Assembly: GCF_001194135.2 (NCBI RefSeq)
Contig: NC_068999.1
Coordinates: 54,310,715-54,374,714, forward strand
Length of the DNA stretch: 64,000 nt
Source: Octopus bimaculoides
Lineage: Eukaryota
Direction of reading: 5' to 3'
Positions within the stretch are counted from its first letter, which is position 1, and every line of letters begins with the position of its first letter. Shown in pieces: positions 36,791 through 49,755 of this stretch. The notes under the pieces are model-generated. The model was given only the letters and a program-made list of their open reading frames with translations. It was not told the DNA's origin and did not search any database. Both the position numbers and the translations under genes were made by a program.

Positions 36791-39129
36791 ATCAAGTGAT
36801 TTCTAGTGGCGGAAGCCTAAACTACAATGGGTTTGTCCCACAGTGAACGTTTCCAGTTATTTTTGGGTACCTCCTCATAAAAGATCAATTGTTGATTTAC
36901 AAAAGTAGATGTTAAAATGATGATGACGATGGTGGTGGTGGTGGTGGTGGTGGTGATATACTATAAAGTTCAAACAGACTGGAACTTGAGGTTTCATCAA
37001 TTAGCCTGTTCAACCAGACTGGTTGAAATTCCATATGGTGTACCCAGTACAAACTATGGACCTACAAGAAATGCAGTGAAATCACAGACAGGGTTAGTTA
37101 ACAGTAGACTTTGTTAACATTACGAAGGGTATGCAGCCATAAAAACCATGCCAAAACTGAGACCCTGGAGCAAAGTCACAGTCCTCCAATTCATTGGCCG
37201 ATCGATCGATCCGAGCCACATGGAAAATAGACATGATGCTGATGCTGATGCTGATGATGATGATGATGACGACAATGACATAGGACTACATTTTCTAATG
37301 TATCCTGTTCTAATTTAAGATAGCAGGATGTGATTTGAAGGAAATTTGACAGCTACAACTTGTAGGTTGAGTGCCCATACAGAAACCTGCCTTCACTAGC
37401 TTAAAGTAAACTTTGTTGCTGTTCTGATATATTCCCACACATCATAGTTGAATAAAACTATAATGAAAAGCATTCCTGTCACAGCAATCTTTTCATTTGT
37501 ATACTAGGAACTGTATTGTCCAGTATAGCCTTTGTTTATGACTATGGTGTGTTTTGTGAGAATATTAACTACTATTTTCAGCAAGTTGAGTGATAGTTGC
37601 CTTTTGAATAACATTTTCAATGAATAATTCTTTTGCTCTCCTTCTGTCTGACACTTTATGCTTCATATTTTCAGACTAGATAGCTGAACTAAGAGATTTA
37701 TTTCACTTGTTATACCATCTGAAGAAAAGAAGGACACAGCCATAGAAAATGAAAGAATCTCCAACAATAAATAGCATGCCTTTGAAAATACCCCCAAATT
37801 CAAGATATGTCAAAGAAGTCTTAGCCAAGATAATAGAAAGGGAGTAATTTGTCAATCACATATACACACAATCATCGTTATTATAAGATTAGTGCAAACA
37901 CATATACCTAAACTATGGAGAATTATACATTACAATAACATACACAGTACAATACTATGGAACATTATAGAATATTAGCAAATGTCATCGTTTTAACATC
38001 TACTTTTGCAGGCTTGCATAGATTAGGTAAGACATCATTGAGGCAGATTTTTCTATAGCCAGATGGTTTTTTTGTCACTAACTTCCAAGCAAGGAAATAT
38101 TTCTCGTGGAACAAAATCAACCTGGAATAATGTGGTCATATTATAAATGGGGTCAGGAATGGCAGTGATTGAATGGCTGAATGATTAATCAAGCAATTGA
38201 CTAGTTAAATGGTTAGCTAACTGACTGATAATAACAAAAGGTGAAATAAAACCAGTGTAAGTGTCTCTTATTGGCAAACTGACCCTCCCATGATACATCT
38301 GTCTCAGCACAGGATTTCACATCAAGTATTTTGTAAAACAAATACAAAAGCAATGGGCAAAAATATATACATACACACACACATTAATAATATATTTAAT
38401 AATACTATTCCATGGAGCATTCTGTGTGTGAGTGTGTGTGTAGACAGACAGGTAAGCAAATAAAGCGACAAATAATGCTGAATGCTTAGTAGCTTATAGC
38501 TATTTATGGAGCATACAATTTTAGGCCTTATCACTGAAACTAAACACAGCAGTTACATAACAAGGTTTATCTTTATATGGCCAGAAATAATTTACCTAAC
38601 CAGTTTATAGTCTCATTACATGTTCATCAAAGAAATAATAATAACCATTTTGTATATTCGGAAAGAGCAGTAGCTTATAACTATTGAGTGCACAAACTAG
38701 GACACCGCTGAACTGATCAGTCAGATTTGCATAACAGTGCATTTAGTGACAATCATTATATGTTATCTTTCAGGAAGTTTGTTGCATCATTGATCTAGGG
38801 CAGTCTTGGGTGGGTTGGTATCAAGAGGATTAATGAACACTGAACTGGTGCTAAATGCAAATTATAACACCATTATAACACAAATTATAACATCATGTCA
38901 CAATATTTCATTTAAATATTGATTCTAAATAACAATAACAATAACAGCTGTGGCAGAACTCCAACTGTGTTTGAACATTAAGGCACTTGTCACCTGTTAT
39001 CAACAGAGCAATTCAAATAGTCAATGAATAAATATGAAGATATTGAAATGTCATGAGCTCTAACCTGTTCGTTACTAACTTTCTCTTGAAATAAAATGCC
39101 TTTGTATCAATTAATTTTGAAGATAATGA

Positions 39130-39315
39130 AGGAGTGGCTGTGTGGTAAGTAGTTTATAGGTGCAGGAGTGGCTGTGTGGTAAGTAGATTGCTTACCAACC
39201 ACATGGTTCTGGGTTCAGTCCCACAGTGTGGCACCTTGGGCAAGTGTCTTCTACTATAGCCTCGGGCCGACCAAAGCCTTGTGAGTGGATTTGGTAGACG
39301 GAAACTGAAAGAAGC
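39130..39315 (+). mobile_element. Family B tRNA-like SINE, young 5' copy. Other copies at about 575-800, 7188-7610, 8390-8490 and 16270-16411 (+), and 12030-12195, 13530-14070, 15780-15945, 25180-25450, 28900-29375, 48390-48550, 52975-53835 and 56480-56720 (-).
   Basis: A-box/B-box-like head (gtggctgtgtggtaagt…ggttcagtcccac), then ccttgggcaagtgtcttctactatagcc and aagccttgtgagtggatttggtagacggaaactgaaagaagcc. Confidence 0.85.
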
Positions 39316-40469
39316 CACTGAGCATCTTCTCCAGAGCAGTAATGATTTTGCCAGCTCACCACCTTTTTCAAAAACTAATAATACCTGAGGCTGCTCTTCT
39401 TCACAGTAATATGAAGGCTGTTGGGTATCTGCTCTCATCCTGCCCTTAAAAAACAAACATTACTAAAAGTATTTGTGCAAGATTCTCAGATACAGTCTTT
39501 TGCTTCAAGAAACCTGGCAAACACCAATACCAGTTGATTAAATCAACACTAGTATATGACTGGTACTTATTCAATTGACCCCATAAGGATGAAAGGTAAA
39601 GTTGGCCTCAGCAGAACTTAGACTGAGAGTGTAAGCAGCTGAATGAATGCTCCGATTACTATCAACCCATATACATTCACTCCTCTTAAATTTATGGTTT
39701 TATACTAACATAAGAGATCACAATTTATTTCAAATATAATATGGGACAGAGATTTCTGGGGTAGCATGATGAAATGCATCTCAGTTATAGCCACTTAAAG
39801 ATGAATATTTCATTCAACTGTGAGTCCATAAAACTATTTGTAACATTAACAAAAACAATCAATACTATTGCTGCGACAGTGGCATTCTTAACGATTTGCA
39901 TCACAAAACAAGTAAACAGCTGTCAAAAAAGAATTAAGAAAAATAAATTAAATATCATAAAACTAATATTAAGCTTATACTTGTTCTGCTAATTCTAATT
40001 CTTCTGATATATTTACAATTTCCCCTCAGGTAGTTGCAATTCAACATGTCAAAGCAAGACATCAGATATAAGTTAATATATTCCAAACAAAAAAAAAAAA
40101 AGAGATAGACATAGAAAAGATTGTTTAACAAATGACGAAAATCATCTTGAATATAATTATTGAATGCCACCAAAACATGTTGTTACCACATTATTCAACA
40201 TGATCATTGTCGTCATCATCACTTTCATTACAGACAGTGAAGATGTCCAAGATGAAGAAACACTACACTAGTTGCATTAATGTCAGTTGTTCAGTACATT
40301 GTTGCACTTCAGTTTATATCTGTCCAGGATCCGATTAGTTTATCAACCGTCAGTAGTCAATTAAGTACCAGTAATATACGAAAGTCATCTGATCCCCCAA
40401 TTCATCATCACCATCTTCACACCTGCTACAATTAGATTTGTAGGTGGATTGAATGCCTCACTGTATTTG

Positions 40470-41200
40470 GATCAATGGAATCAACTAAACCCCTCCCTCA
40501 AATTTACAGGCCTTGAGTTTAAATCAGAAAGACTTAGTGGACTTTCATCCCGCTTTATATTGAAAGCTCAAATTCTGTTGAAGTCGACTTGGCTTGACAT
40601 CTTTTCAGAGTCAATAAAATAAGTAACAGTTGCGCAATGGGGTCGATGTAACTGACAGGCCGCCTCTTCCAAGATTTCGGAATTTCTGCCTAGAGTAGAA
40701 AGAATTGCTGTTGTTGTTGTTGTTGTTATTAATAAGGCAGAGAGGTGGCAGAATTGTCAGCACATCAGGCAAAATGCTTAGCAGCATTTCATTCTGAGTT
40801 CAAATTCTACCGAGGTTTGCCTTTCAACCTTTTGGGGTCAATGTAATTGGCTACCTCCCCGCCCCAGCAAAAAATTTCAAACCTTGTGCCTATAGTAGAA
40901 AGGATTATTATTGTTGTTGTTGTTGTTGTTATTAATGAAGAGCTGTGTACTAGCAGAACCATTACAATGTTGGCTAAAATGCATTGCAATTGTTCTGGCT
41001 CTTTTTGTTCTGGGTTCAAACCAACGAGGTCACTTTGCTTTTCATCCTTCCAGCAAATACCAGAGATCAATTAAATTGGTTAACACCCCCCACCCACCCA
41101 CCAAATTTCTGACTGCATACCTAATTATTATTGTTATTTTATCCTACCAAAGTCAGCTTTGCCTTTCATCCTTTTGGGGGACAATAAAATAACAAACCAG
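40470..41200 (+). mobile_element. Second head-to-tail cluster of family A SINE copies and fragments
   Basis: Same motifs as 31800-32845, separated by (GTT)n/(ATT)n. Confidence 0.7.
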
Positions 41201-43940
41201 TAAAATACTAATACTTTAATTCAGTTAATCTTAAAATTGCTAACCTCGTGTCTAAATAACAGGCATTGCAGGCTTTATCCTCATATGGCACATGGCTTGG
41301 TAATTAGAATGTTGGGCCACAATCATGAGGTAGTGAGTTCGATTCTTGGACTGGGCTGTGTGTTGTGTTATTTCATGTTGCTCCAATTCACTCAGCTGTA
41401 GAAATGAGTTGCAACATCATTGGTGCCAAGCTGTATCAGCCTTTGCCTTTCCCTTGTGGGACAGTATATCATCATTGTTGTGTTTAATTAGAGCCCCTTA
41501 ATATTCAAAACCAAAATGGATTCAACTTTACCTTTCATCTTAGCAATCCAATAAAATAAGCACTTGAAGATATAGTCAATTTGGATGATGAATTTGATTG
41601 TGTATGTTCCTCAAGATAAGGTGTCTTTAGATAAAATCTAATAAAAATATCATTTTACAAAAATTGGTATTCATCATTTTCATAAATTATCATCAGGCGG
41701 CAAGCTGAAAGAATCATTAGCACGCTGGGCAAAATGCTTAGCAGCATTTCGTCCATCTTTACATTCTGTGTTCAAATTCCACCAAGGTCAACTTTGGCTT
41801 TAACCCCTTTCAGGGTTAATGAAATAAGTACCAGTTGAGCACTGGGGTTAATATAATGGACTTAACCCCTATCCCAAAATTGCTGGGCTTATGCCGAAAT
41901 TTAAAACCAATAATCATAGACAGGAGAAGGACAAGAGAGTGATGTTATGTAGGTTGCAGTCGTGGGTGGGGAAGAGAGAGGCAGGCATAGTGCATGGGAA
42001 GGATGAGAGATGTCATCATCATCATCATTTAACATCTGTCTTCCATGCTGGTATGGGTTGGATGTATTATTGTAAAATTAGCAAGTCAGCATCCCAGAAC
42101 CTATGTCTTTGCAAGTATACTCAGAGTTGAATTTGAACTCAGTATTATAAGTTAACAAGATGTTCATCAGTTTAACAGTTTGTTATTTGCATGCAGCACA
42201 CATCCATACCAAAAGAAGATACAATAATTACAGTGATGTAGATAAATTTAGTAAGAGTTACTTGTCTCTGTCATCACAGAATGTGAACCACCAACTTTTT
42301 TGATCAAAAATTACATAATATTTTCATGTTGGTTTTCTATTCATAGTTTAATTTCTCGAGCAATTGAGCAGAAATTATACACATAGAACTTTCAATTTTA
42401 AAAATGAGGGATTACTGATAGTATCTGAAGTTAATCAGGGCATCTAATTCAAAATACTATAATTTCCAAGATACATGTATATTGAATATCAAAAAGAATT
42501 ATTCAATAAAAATACTGGAGTTACATCCCTTGTATGTAAGGACCCCAATAAACAGAGACAACATTGTCATGCAAACACAACAGAATTAACATTTTATCAA
42601 TCAACCTATCTATTCACTTTTGTAAGTATTGTGTGACAGAGATCCAATGTAACAAACAATAACAGTCATCATTACCGTTTTATATTGGGATAGTTTATAT
42701 GGAGTTCACAGCACCTCATCAGAGTATTTTACCATCTGACATACACAACAATAGAGAAAACAGCCCACTGCATCTCTTATGTGTCCATAGCTTACAATGG
42801 ATGCAGCAAATGGAATTACTACCCACTTCTTCCCTACATATTGAGTAGGACCATTTACCTGATGGAAAGAGAGTCTTATCTGCTTTCTTGCTAACAACAC
42901 ATACATATATATATATTCAGAGTTTCATGTTCCCGTTCATTAGACCATGTATGTGTGTGTGTGTGTGTGTATATATATAAGGTGGTGAGATAGCAGAAAT
43001 GTTAGCATGCCGGGCAAAATGCTTCGTAGTATTTCATCCGTCTTCATGTTCGAGTTCAAATTTCACCAAGGTCAACTTTGCCTTTCATCCTTATGGGTTC
43101 AATAAAATAAGCACCAGTTGAGTATTGGGGTCGATATAATCGACTTACTCAGTAACTTGAAATTGCTGGCCTTGTGCCGAAATTTGAAATCAATGCGTGC
43201 GTGCGTGCGTGCGTGCGTGCATGTGTGTGAGAGCATATCAGACAGATAAAGAGTCAAATAGAAAGAGAATACAAAGAGAATGAGAGAATGAGAGACAGAG
43301 AGAAAGGAATCTTGTAGATTTGTTAATTCTTGTCAGTGTTTTAAGTGTGAAATTTTTTCTGCAATGACAAATCTATTTCATCTGGAGTGTTCATATTTCA
43401 TCAGGGATATAGAAATAAATTCTATCATTACTATGGTGAGATATCTGATCAGAGGAATTTTTGAAATTGTGAAATAAAATATTGAAGTGTTTTTGCCATT
43501 TAAAAACTCTCAGCTGCACCAGAGCAGTTTTAATCTCTGGAATTTTCGAAATGTCATGAAAAGAAAATTATCAAAAATTCTTAAAGGGTGTGGATTTGGA
43601 ATAGTGTTTATTTTTTATCTGTTACTTGTTTTAGTCATTGCATTGTGGCTATACTGGAGCAGTGAAATGGAGGATTAAAGTAAAGGTAAAGTTACCTTCT
43701 CAAGTCATACCAACTCCTAAGGGCCAGTTTCCTGGTTTCATGGTGTATGAATTCCCCACCTGAACGAGACACTGGTCCATCACAGGATTACTCATTTTTG
43801 CCAGCTGAGTGAACTGGAACAACATGAAATGAAGTGTTTAGCTAAAGAACACAAGGCGTTGCCTGATCCAGGAATTGAAACCACAATCTTATGATCATGA
43901 GTCCAAGTCCCTAACTACTAAGCCACATGCTTTCACTATA

Positions 43941-44290
43941 TGAAGGCACATGGCTCGCTGGTTAGAGTGTCAGACTCACTATCATGGGGTAGTGAGTTCA
44001 ATTCCTGCACTGGGCTGTGTGTTGTGTTCTTGCGCAGGACACTTTATTTCACATAGCTCCAGTTCCCACAGCTGTAGAAATGAGTTGCAACACCACTGGT
44101 GCCAAGCTTTACCAGCCTTTGCCTTTCTCTTGGATAACATCTGTGGCATGGCGAGGAGAGGATGGTATGCATGGGCAACTGCTGGTCTTCCATAAACAAA
44201 TTTGCCCAGACTTGTACCTCAGAGGGTAACTTTCTAGGTGCAATCCCATGGACATCCATGACAAAAGGGAGCCGTTACCCTATGGAGGCT
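43941..44290 (+). mobile_element. Family C tRNA-like SINE, full length. Other copies at 50034-50372, 41285-41460 and 58613-58760 (+), and 43680-43935, 44985-45180 and 24310-24640 (-).
   Basis: tRNA-like head (ggctc…ggttagag…gagttcaattcc), then tgtgttcttg..caagacactttatttcac..gctccagttc..cagctgtagaaatgag. Confidence 0.85.
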
Positions 44291-46779
44291 AATGAACCCT
44301 TCCAGAACATACACGCCCACCGATTAAAAATGTATTTCTGCATCAAGTCACCTATGAAGATGCTATCTTCATGCAAAGTGTTGAGTATAATTCAACCTGG
44401 GAGAGCCCATCCGTCTTTGAATTTCACCAAAAGAAGTTTAACTACAATAACAAGACAAACTGAGGGAACATCTGGGTAGGTATTCAATCTGCAAGAAATA
44501 ATAGCCACATTCCCTAAATCACACACTAGTGTCTTAAAAATGGAAGGACATGAACGATGTAGTCGTATGGTGGAGAAAGAAAAACCACATGGTTATGATG
44601 AGTAGTTCTGTGATCAAAGTATTTCTTGATCAACAGTCTACAGCAAGAACATGATGTAGCCAAGGTCTTGTCTTGCAAGTTACTTGGTGGCCTCACTGCT
44701 GCTGCTGGTGCCATGTCAAAAGCACCCAATACACTCTGTAAAATGGTTGGCATTGGGAAAGGCATCCAGCCACAGAAACCATACCTAAGCAGACAGCAGG
44801 AATTGGAGCAATCTTCTGAGTTACCAGCTCCCATGGAATTGTCCAATCCATGGAAAAGGAACATTAAATGATGACAATGGAGTATGTGATGAAAAAGGTT
44901 CTACCACAAATTGAATTAATGTTGCAGGAATAGCTTACTGGAATATCTACTATGAGTTCGTAAGGGAGTGAGGGTGCACCATGGCATATACATTCTGTAC
45001 CTGGAAAGGGACACGGGTCTTCGACAGGTACTACTCATTCCTGCCAGCTGAGTGAACTGGAGCAACGTGAAATGAAGAGTCTTGCTCAAGGACACAAGGC
45101 ATCGCCCGGTCCAGGAATTGAAGCCACAATCTTATGATCATAAGTCCAATACTCTAACCACTAAGCCACGTGCCTCCACACATAAATCATCAACAGGTGA
45201 AAGATGTATGTTAAAGGTGTTGGTGGATCAATAGAAACCAATTATAATTAATAAGAAGTAAACAGAGAGAGAGAGAAAGAAAAGTAGAGCAAAAAATGAT
45301 GATCATGATCAGGATGACAGCAATGGCAATGATAGTCAATGAGAAAGTCTAAGAGGAGACTTCAATTTATAACAGTCATTAGACTGGAGTCAATGGGAAT
45401 TCTTGGGAAACATAAAAAACACTTAACAAAACAGAAACACAACATGGGCGGAGATGATGAAGAGCTAAAACAAAGCAGTGACACTGCAATCAATGACTTT
45501 CACTACATGACTCACCAAGTTAATAGATGAAATATCAGCAAATGTATATAGTAGAATATTGATTGCTTAAAACGTTAACATTGATTTTGTTGACAGTTAA
45601 TAGCAAGAACAAAACAAATATCTGCAGTTAATGAGCCAGAAGCAGAAAATGAATTCATTATCATTAAATTCATCAATTTAATGACTTTTACCACTTTCCA
45701 GTTTCCCCTTGATCCCACCACCACACTACAGTGTTAACACTTCAATGACAAAGCCTTCACTCAAAAAGTAAATAACCTCTTTAGCAATCACTTATTTTAA
45801 TAGCTTCTCAATAATTACACCTATATGTTATATCAGAGCACGTGGGTGTGTGTACACACAAACACAGACAACGAACATTTTGTTCTGGATTGCAAGTAAG
45901 AATGAGTACAAAAAAAACACCACTAGAAGCAGAATAAATAAATACACACACACACACACACACATATATATAGATAGATAGATACACACACACACACACA
46001 CACACATATACATACATACATACATACATATACATATACACACACACATACATACAGATGAGACACTGCTGTTTAACATGTGTGCCAGAAGTTGTTTTTA
46101 AGATTTCGATCATAAATATTTTTCAGTCAAGATGCACATTGCTCTGGCTGGCCAAAAAGGTGTAAAAAGGTTTAAAAACACCTTATCTGTCCAGTGTTGC
46201 CCCCTATTAGATTCCCAGATGTGTTTCTAGCTCTTTAGCTATTATCAATGGGAAATATTGAGAGGCAACTCTGGACAGAATTAAAGTCGTAGCTTTAACT
46301 AAAACACAGTCAACAACATTGAGTTGTACCATTAGACTGGTGATTTTACACCCTTTCTCCATAAGAACGATTTTTTCCTCCATGGTAACTGCAGTGAATT
46401 TTCCGTTAGAAGTTGAAATATGTCACAAACATACTTTAAGTAACCTAAAGTTTGCTTATGCTTGGCACTGATAACGCTGAAATTAAGAAATATGTTTTTC
46501 TTCTTTCAATTACTCTTCAATCTTTCTTTCTTTTTTTTTTTTTCAGTCTATCTCTGAAATAGTAGAATAGAGAGAAAGAAAAGAGGGAGAATGAGACAAA
46601 GATAGAGAGAAGGAGGGTAGTGTTGATGATGTTGGCAGCAAATCATTCATACAAGCAGTTTGCTGCAAAACATAAGTGAACATTCAAGCCAGGCTCTACC
46701 AGCTTCAATAAAGCTGGATACATAAAGGCAATGCCATGCAGTCACTGATAAAAGAAACAGTGAGACGGTCATGGATTGA

Positions 46780-46980
46780 AAGCTGGGACAAGTGGAGAGG
46801 TTTAAGTATCTCAGGGCCATATTCACAAGTGATGGGGAGCAGGAGGTTGAATGGATGCTATAATTGCAGGTGCTGGCATAATAATGTGCCAGCTCCAGCA
46901 TTTGATCCTCAAAAGAGGAGAAGTTGGTAAAAAAAACCAAACTCACTATCTTCAATTTGGTTTCCATGCCTATCCACAAC
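46780..46980 (+). mobile_element. RTE-clade RT fragment
   Basis: QVERFKYLRAIFTSDGEQEV...LILKRGEVGKKTKLTIFNLVSMPI across frameshifts. Confidence 0.75.
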
Positions 46981-47786
46981 TATCATCATCAATGTCAGAA
47001 ATCAGATATATCCACTCAAAATATCATTGCCCTTAACTACAGAGAGCAGTTTTATATACCAATCTATTTTTTGTTGAAGAATGCTATGTCTGAAACTATT
47101 TTTATGCTGAGATATGTCAAGTTTATTGAGGCAACGTGACTAGAAAAAAATACCAATTCTAACTTTTGGTAGATATTTAACATCATTAATTTTGCAGTTA
47201 AAAGGTTAAATATCACAATATGTAAAGAGCAGCAATAACCGATGTGCACATGTGCTTCTGAAGGCATTAAAAACATTGATATATATAAATGGAATTCCTC
47301 TTTAATAACTTGAATCTAGGCATCATCAGATACTTCTGCATAAAGGTAATACTAGTAAGGCCAAACTGTCAAAATGACAGCATTTTAAACTAAATAAGCT
47401 GAAACTTGTTAATACATGCACTGACAGGAGACATTGCACACATTTGATACAGACTTATATGGCTTATAGTAAGAATAATAAAATTTTCTTGAAAACTCTT
47501 TAAAAGATTGGTGCATGTATGTGTATATGAGAGAGAGAGAGAGAGAGAGAGTGTGTATAATGTATATATATCCATTTTCTCTCCCTACTGGAAAAGTTGT
47601 GTGGGGTGTCCTCAGTACCTCCTCCATAAGGTCATATCAGGAACAACTGTCATTACATTTTGAAGCTGATTTCCCAAGCATGACCAACAGAGACCATAGA
47701 TATTATCCAACCATTTCATTCTTGGGTTACCCCTAGGTCACCTACCAGTTGGCTCAGTCTGAAGAATTTGTTTGTTTTTTTTATAA

Positions 47787-48075
47787 AATGGATTGATTGT
47801 TGTAGAAGTGGTTTCAAAATCAGTGAATGTGGAATCAGTCAGCTGATTCTTGCAGATGATTTGACTCAGTAGACGGTGATTTCCAACATGTACTGAATAG
47901 GTTTGCTGCTAAGCGCTGCAAGGCAAGGATGAGAATTAGTGTTGCAAAGACTGAAACATTGATCCTCTCAAGAAAGTCTTCCCACTGCACTCTGCATGTT
48001 AATGGAACCTCACTGAGACAAGTGGAGAAGTTTAAGTATCTCAGGGCCATATTCACAAGTGATGAGAAGCAGGAG
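47787..48075 (+). mobile_element. RTE-clade RT fragment of the same family as 46780-46980
   Basis: LILADDL...FQHVLNRFAAK...MRISVAKTETLILSRKSSHCTLHVNGTSLRQVEKFKYLRAIFTSD. Confidence 0.8.
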
Positions 48076-48859
48076 AATCCTGGCAGTTTACTGTACTTGA
48101 AAAGACATACCAAGCTAAGTAAAAGCAGGATTGCCCTTGCTTACAGGCTCAACCTCTGCAGCCTCCTCCAGCTGAGCATCCCTGATCTTGCAGGCTGAAT
48201 AAGTGTTGGTGCCACGTAAAAAGCACCCATGCTAGTGCTGTATAAAAGCACCCAGTACACTCTGTAAAGTGGTTGGCTTTAGAAAAGGCATCCAGCTGTA
48301 GAAACCATGCCAAAATAGACAGGGAACCTGAACAGCCCTTCAGCTGGTCAGCTCCTGTCAAACCATCAAGCTCATNNNNNNNNNNCTTTACTAATACGAC
48401 GGGCTTTTTTCAGTTTCCATCTACCAAATACACTCACATGGCTTTGGTTGGCCTGAAGCTATAGTAGAAGACATTTACCCAAGATGTCACGTTGTTGGAC
48501 TGAACCCGGAACCATGTGGTTGAGAAGCAAGCTCCTTACCACACAGCTACACAAAAATTTTCAGGATGTATGTATGTAGGTATGTTTATGAGTGTGTTTA
48601 TGTGTATGTATGCGTGGTATATAAATGTGTGTGTGTGTGTGTGTGTGTGTGCATGTGTGTGCGTAAGTACCTGTAGCCTCCCCTTCTCCATCGCCGCCTT
48701 CTATACAGCTAGAAGAGGGAAACGTATGTCTGCCTTTACTTCGTTATCTTATGTGGTTGGGCTCTCTAGAAAATGGAAGGAGAAAAGACTTCATTACTAC
48801 ACGGGCATGGTAGAGGACTGTCTCCTGTAGACAGCTATCCATTATTGACCCTATTGTTC

Positions 48860-49098
48860 ACCATTTTGAGCGTGGCCATTGCCAGTACCGCCTGACTGGC
48901 ATTTGTGCGGGTGACACGTAAAAGCATCCACTACACTCTCTGAGTGGTTGGCATTAGGAAGGGCATCCAGCTGTAGAAACTCTGCCAAATCAGATTGGAG
49001 CCTGGTGTTGCCATCCGGTTTCACCAGTCCTCAGTCAAATCGTCCAACCCATGCTAGCATGGAAAGCGGACGTTAAACGATGATGATGATGATGATGA
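48860..49098 (+). mobile_element. RTE-derived non-autonomous element (family D) 3' end with (GAT)n tail. Other copies at about 25740-25930, 27720-27850, 44620-44875, 48130-48375 and 56750-57001 (+), and 23335-23900, 27505-27605, 57030-57170 and 57600-58095 (-).
   Basis: Shared gagtggttggcattaggaagggcatccagctgtagaaac…ccaacccatgctagcatggaaagcggacgttaaacgatgatgat. The 57600-58095 copy retains the RTE C-terminal GTCGRGRPRKTWNKVVKYDL. Confidence 0.85.
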
Positions 49099-49189
49099 TG
49101 GTGATATTTATCCAGGAACTATTTGAATGTTTTGAGATCTTTTTCTTCTCTTAGAGCAGGGCAAGTTGAGATGAAATAGTTCTCAATGT

Positions 49190-49560
49190 GATGCAACATT
49201 ATTTTTGATGGATGGCACGGATAGGCCAAGCCTCGGATGAATTTTGAAGTTGATGCCAACATCATTTAGGCAATACTGTTTGGAATGTGTTCCACATCAT
49301 AAAAATGATATAGTGCTTGCAGTGGTGTTGGAGGGAATAAAGTTTGAGTTTCTTGTGACAGTCCCAATAATCATGACTTGTCATGTCTGTTTTGCTTTTG
49401 TGAGCAATCTCTGGGGTACTTCAAATTTTTACAATATTTTGTTTCATGTAGGGAGACCAGAGCAGACAATATTCAAGGTGAGGACAGGTGAAGGTGGACA
49501 AGAGAAGGAAAATGGTGGGAGCGTCTCTAGGCTGAAAAGTCCTGAGGATTCAAATACACG
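49190..49560 (-). mobile_element. CR1-clade LINE 3' fragment
   Basis: PHLEYCLLWSPYMKQNIVKI*...DYWDCHKKLKLYSLQHHCKHYIIFMMW. Confidence 0.75.
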
Positions 49561-49662
49561 GAAGTGTAAGTTGTTGTCGGCAACATGTATCTTTTATCTT
49601 TTACTTGTTTCAGTCATTAGACTGTGGCCATGCTGGGGCACCACCTTGGTGAATTTATTTCA

Positions 49663-49755
49663 GTCCAATGAATCAACCCCAGTATGTATTCTTTAAGCCT
49701 ATTTACTGTATTGGTCTAGGCTTAAAGAATACATACTGGGGTTGATTCTTTGGAC
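49663..49755. repeat. Near-perfect inverted repeat: 39-bp arms, 15-nt loop, one mismatch
   Basis: gtccaatgaatcaaccccagtatgtattctttaagccta pairs with taggcttaaagaatacatactggggttgattctttggac. Confidence 0.95.

Noticed and set aside
38725-38862. Inverted pair of octamer motifs (ATTTGCAT and ATGCAAAT)
   Set aside because: They lie in or beside a MITE remnant, and 8-mers are expected by chance in AT-rich DNA.
43941-44015. tRNA-like A/B-box sequences here and at other SINE heads
   Set aside because: They continue into SINE bodies and lack a complete cloverleaf, so they are not tRNA genes.
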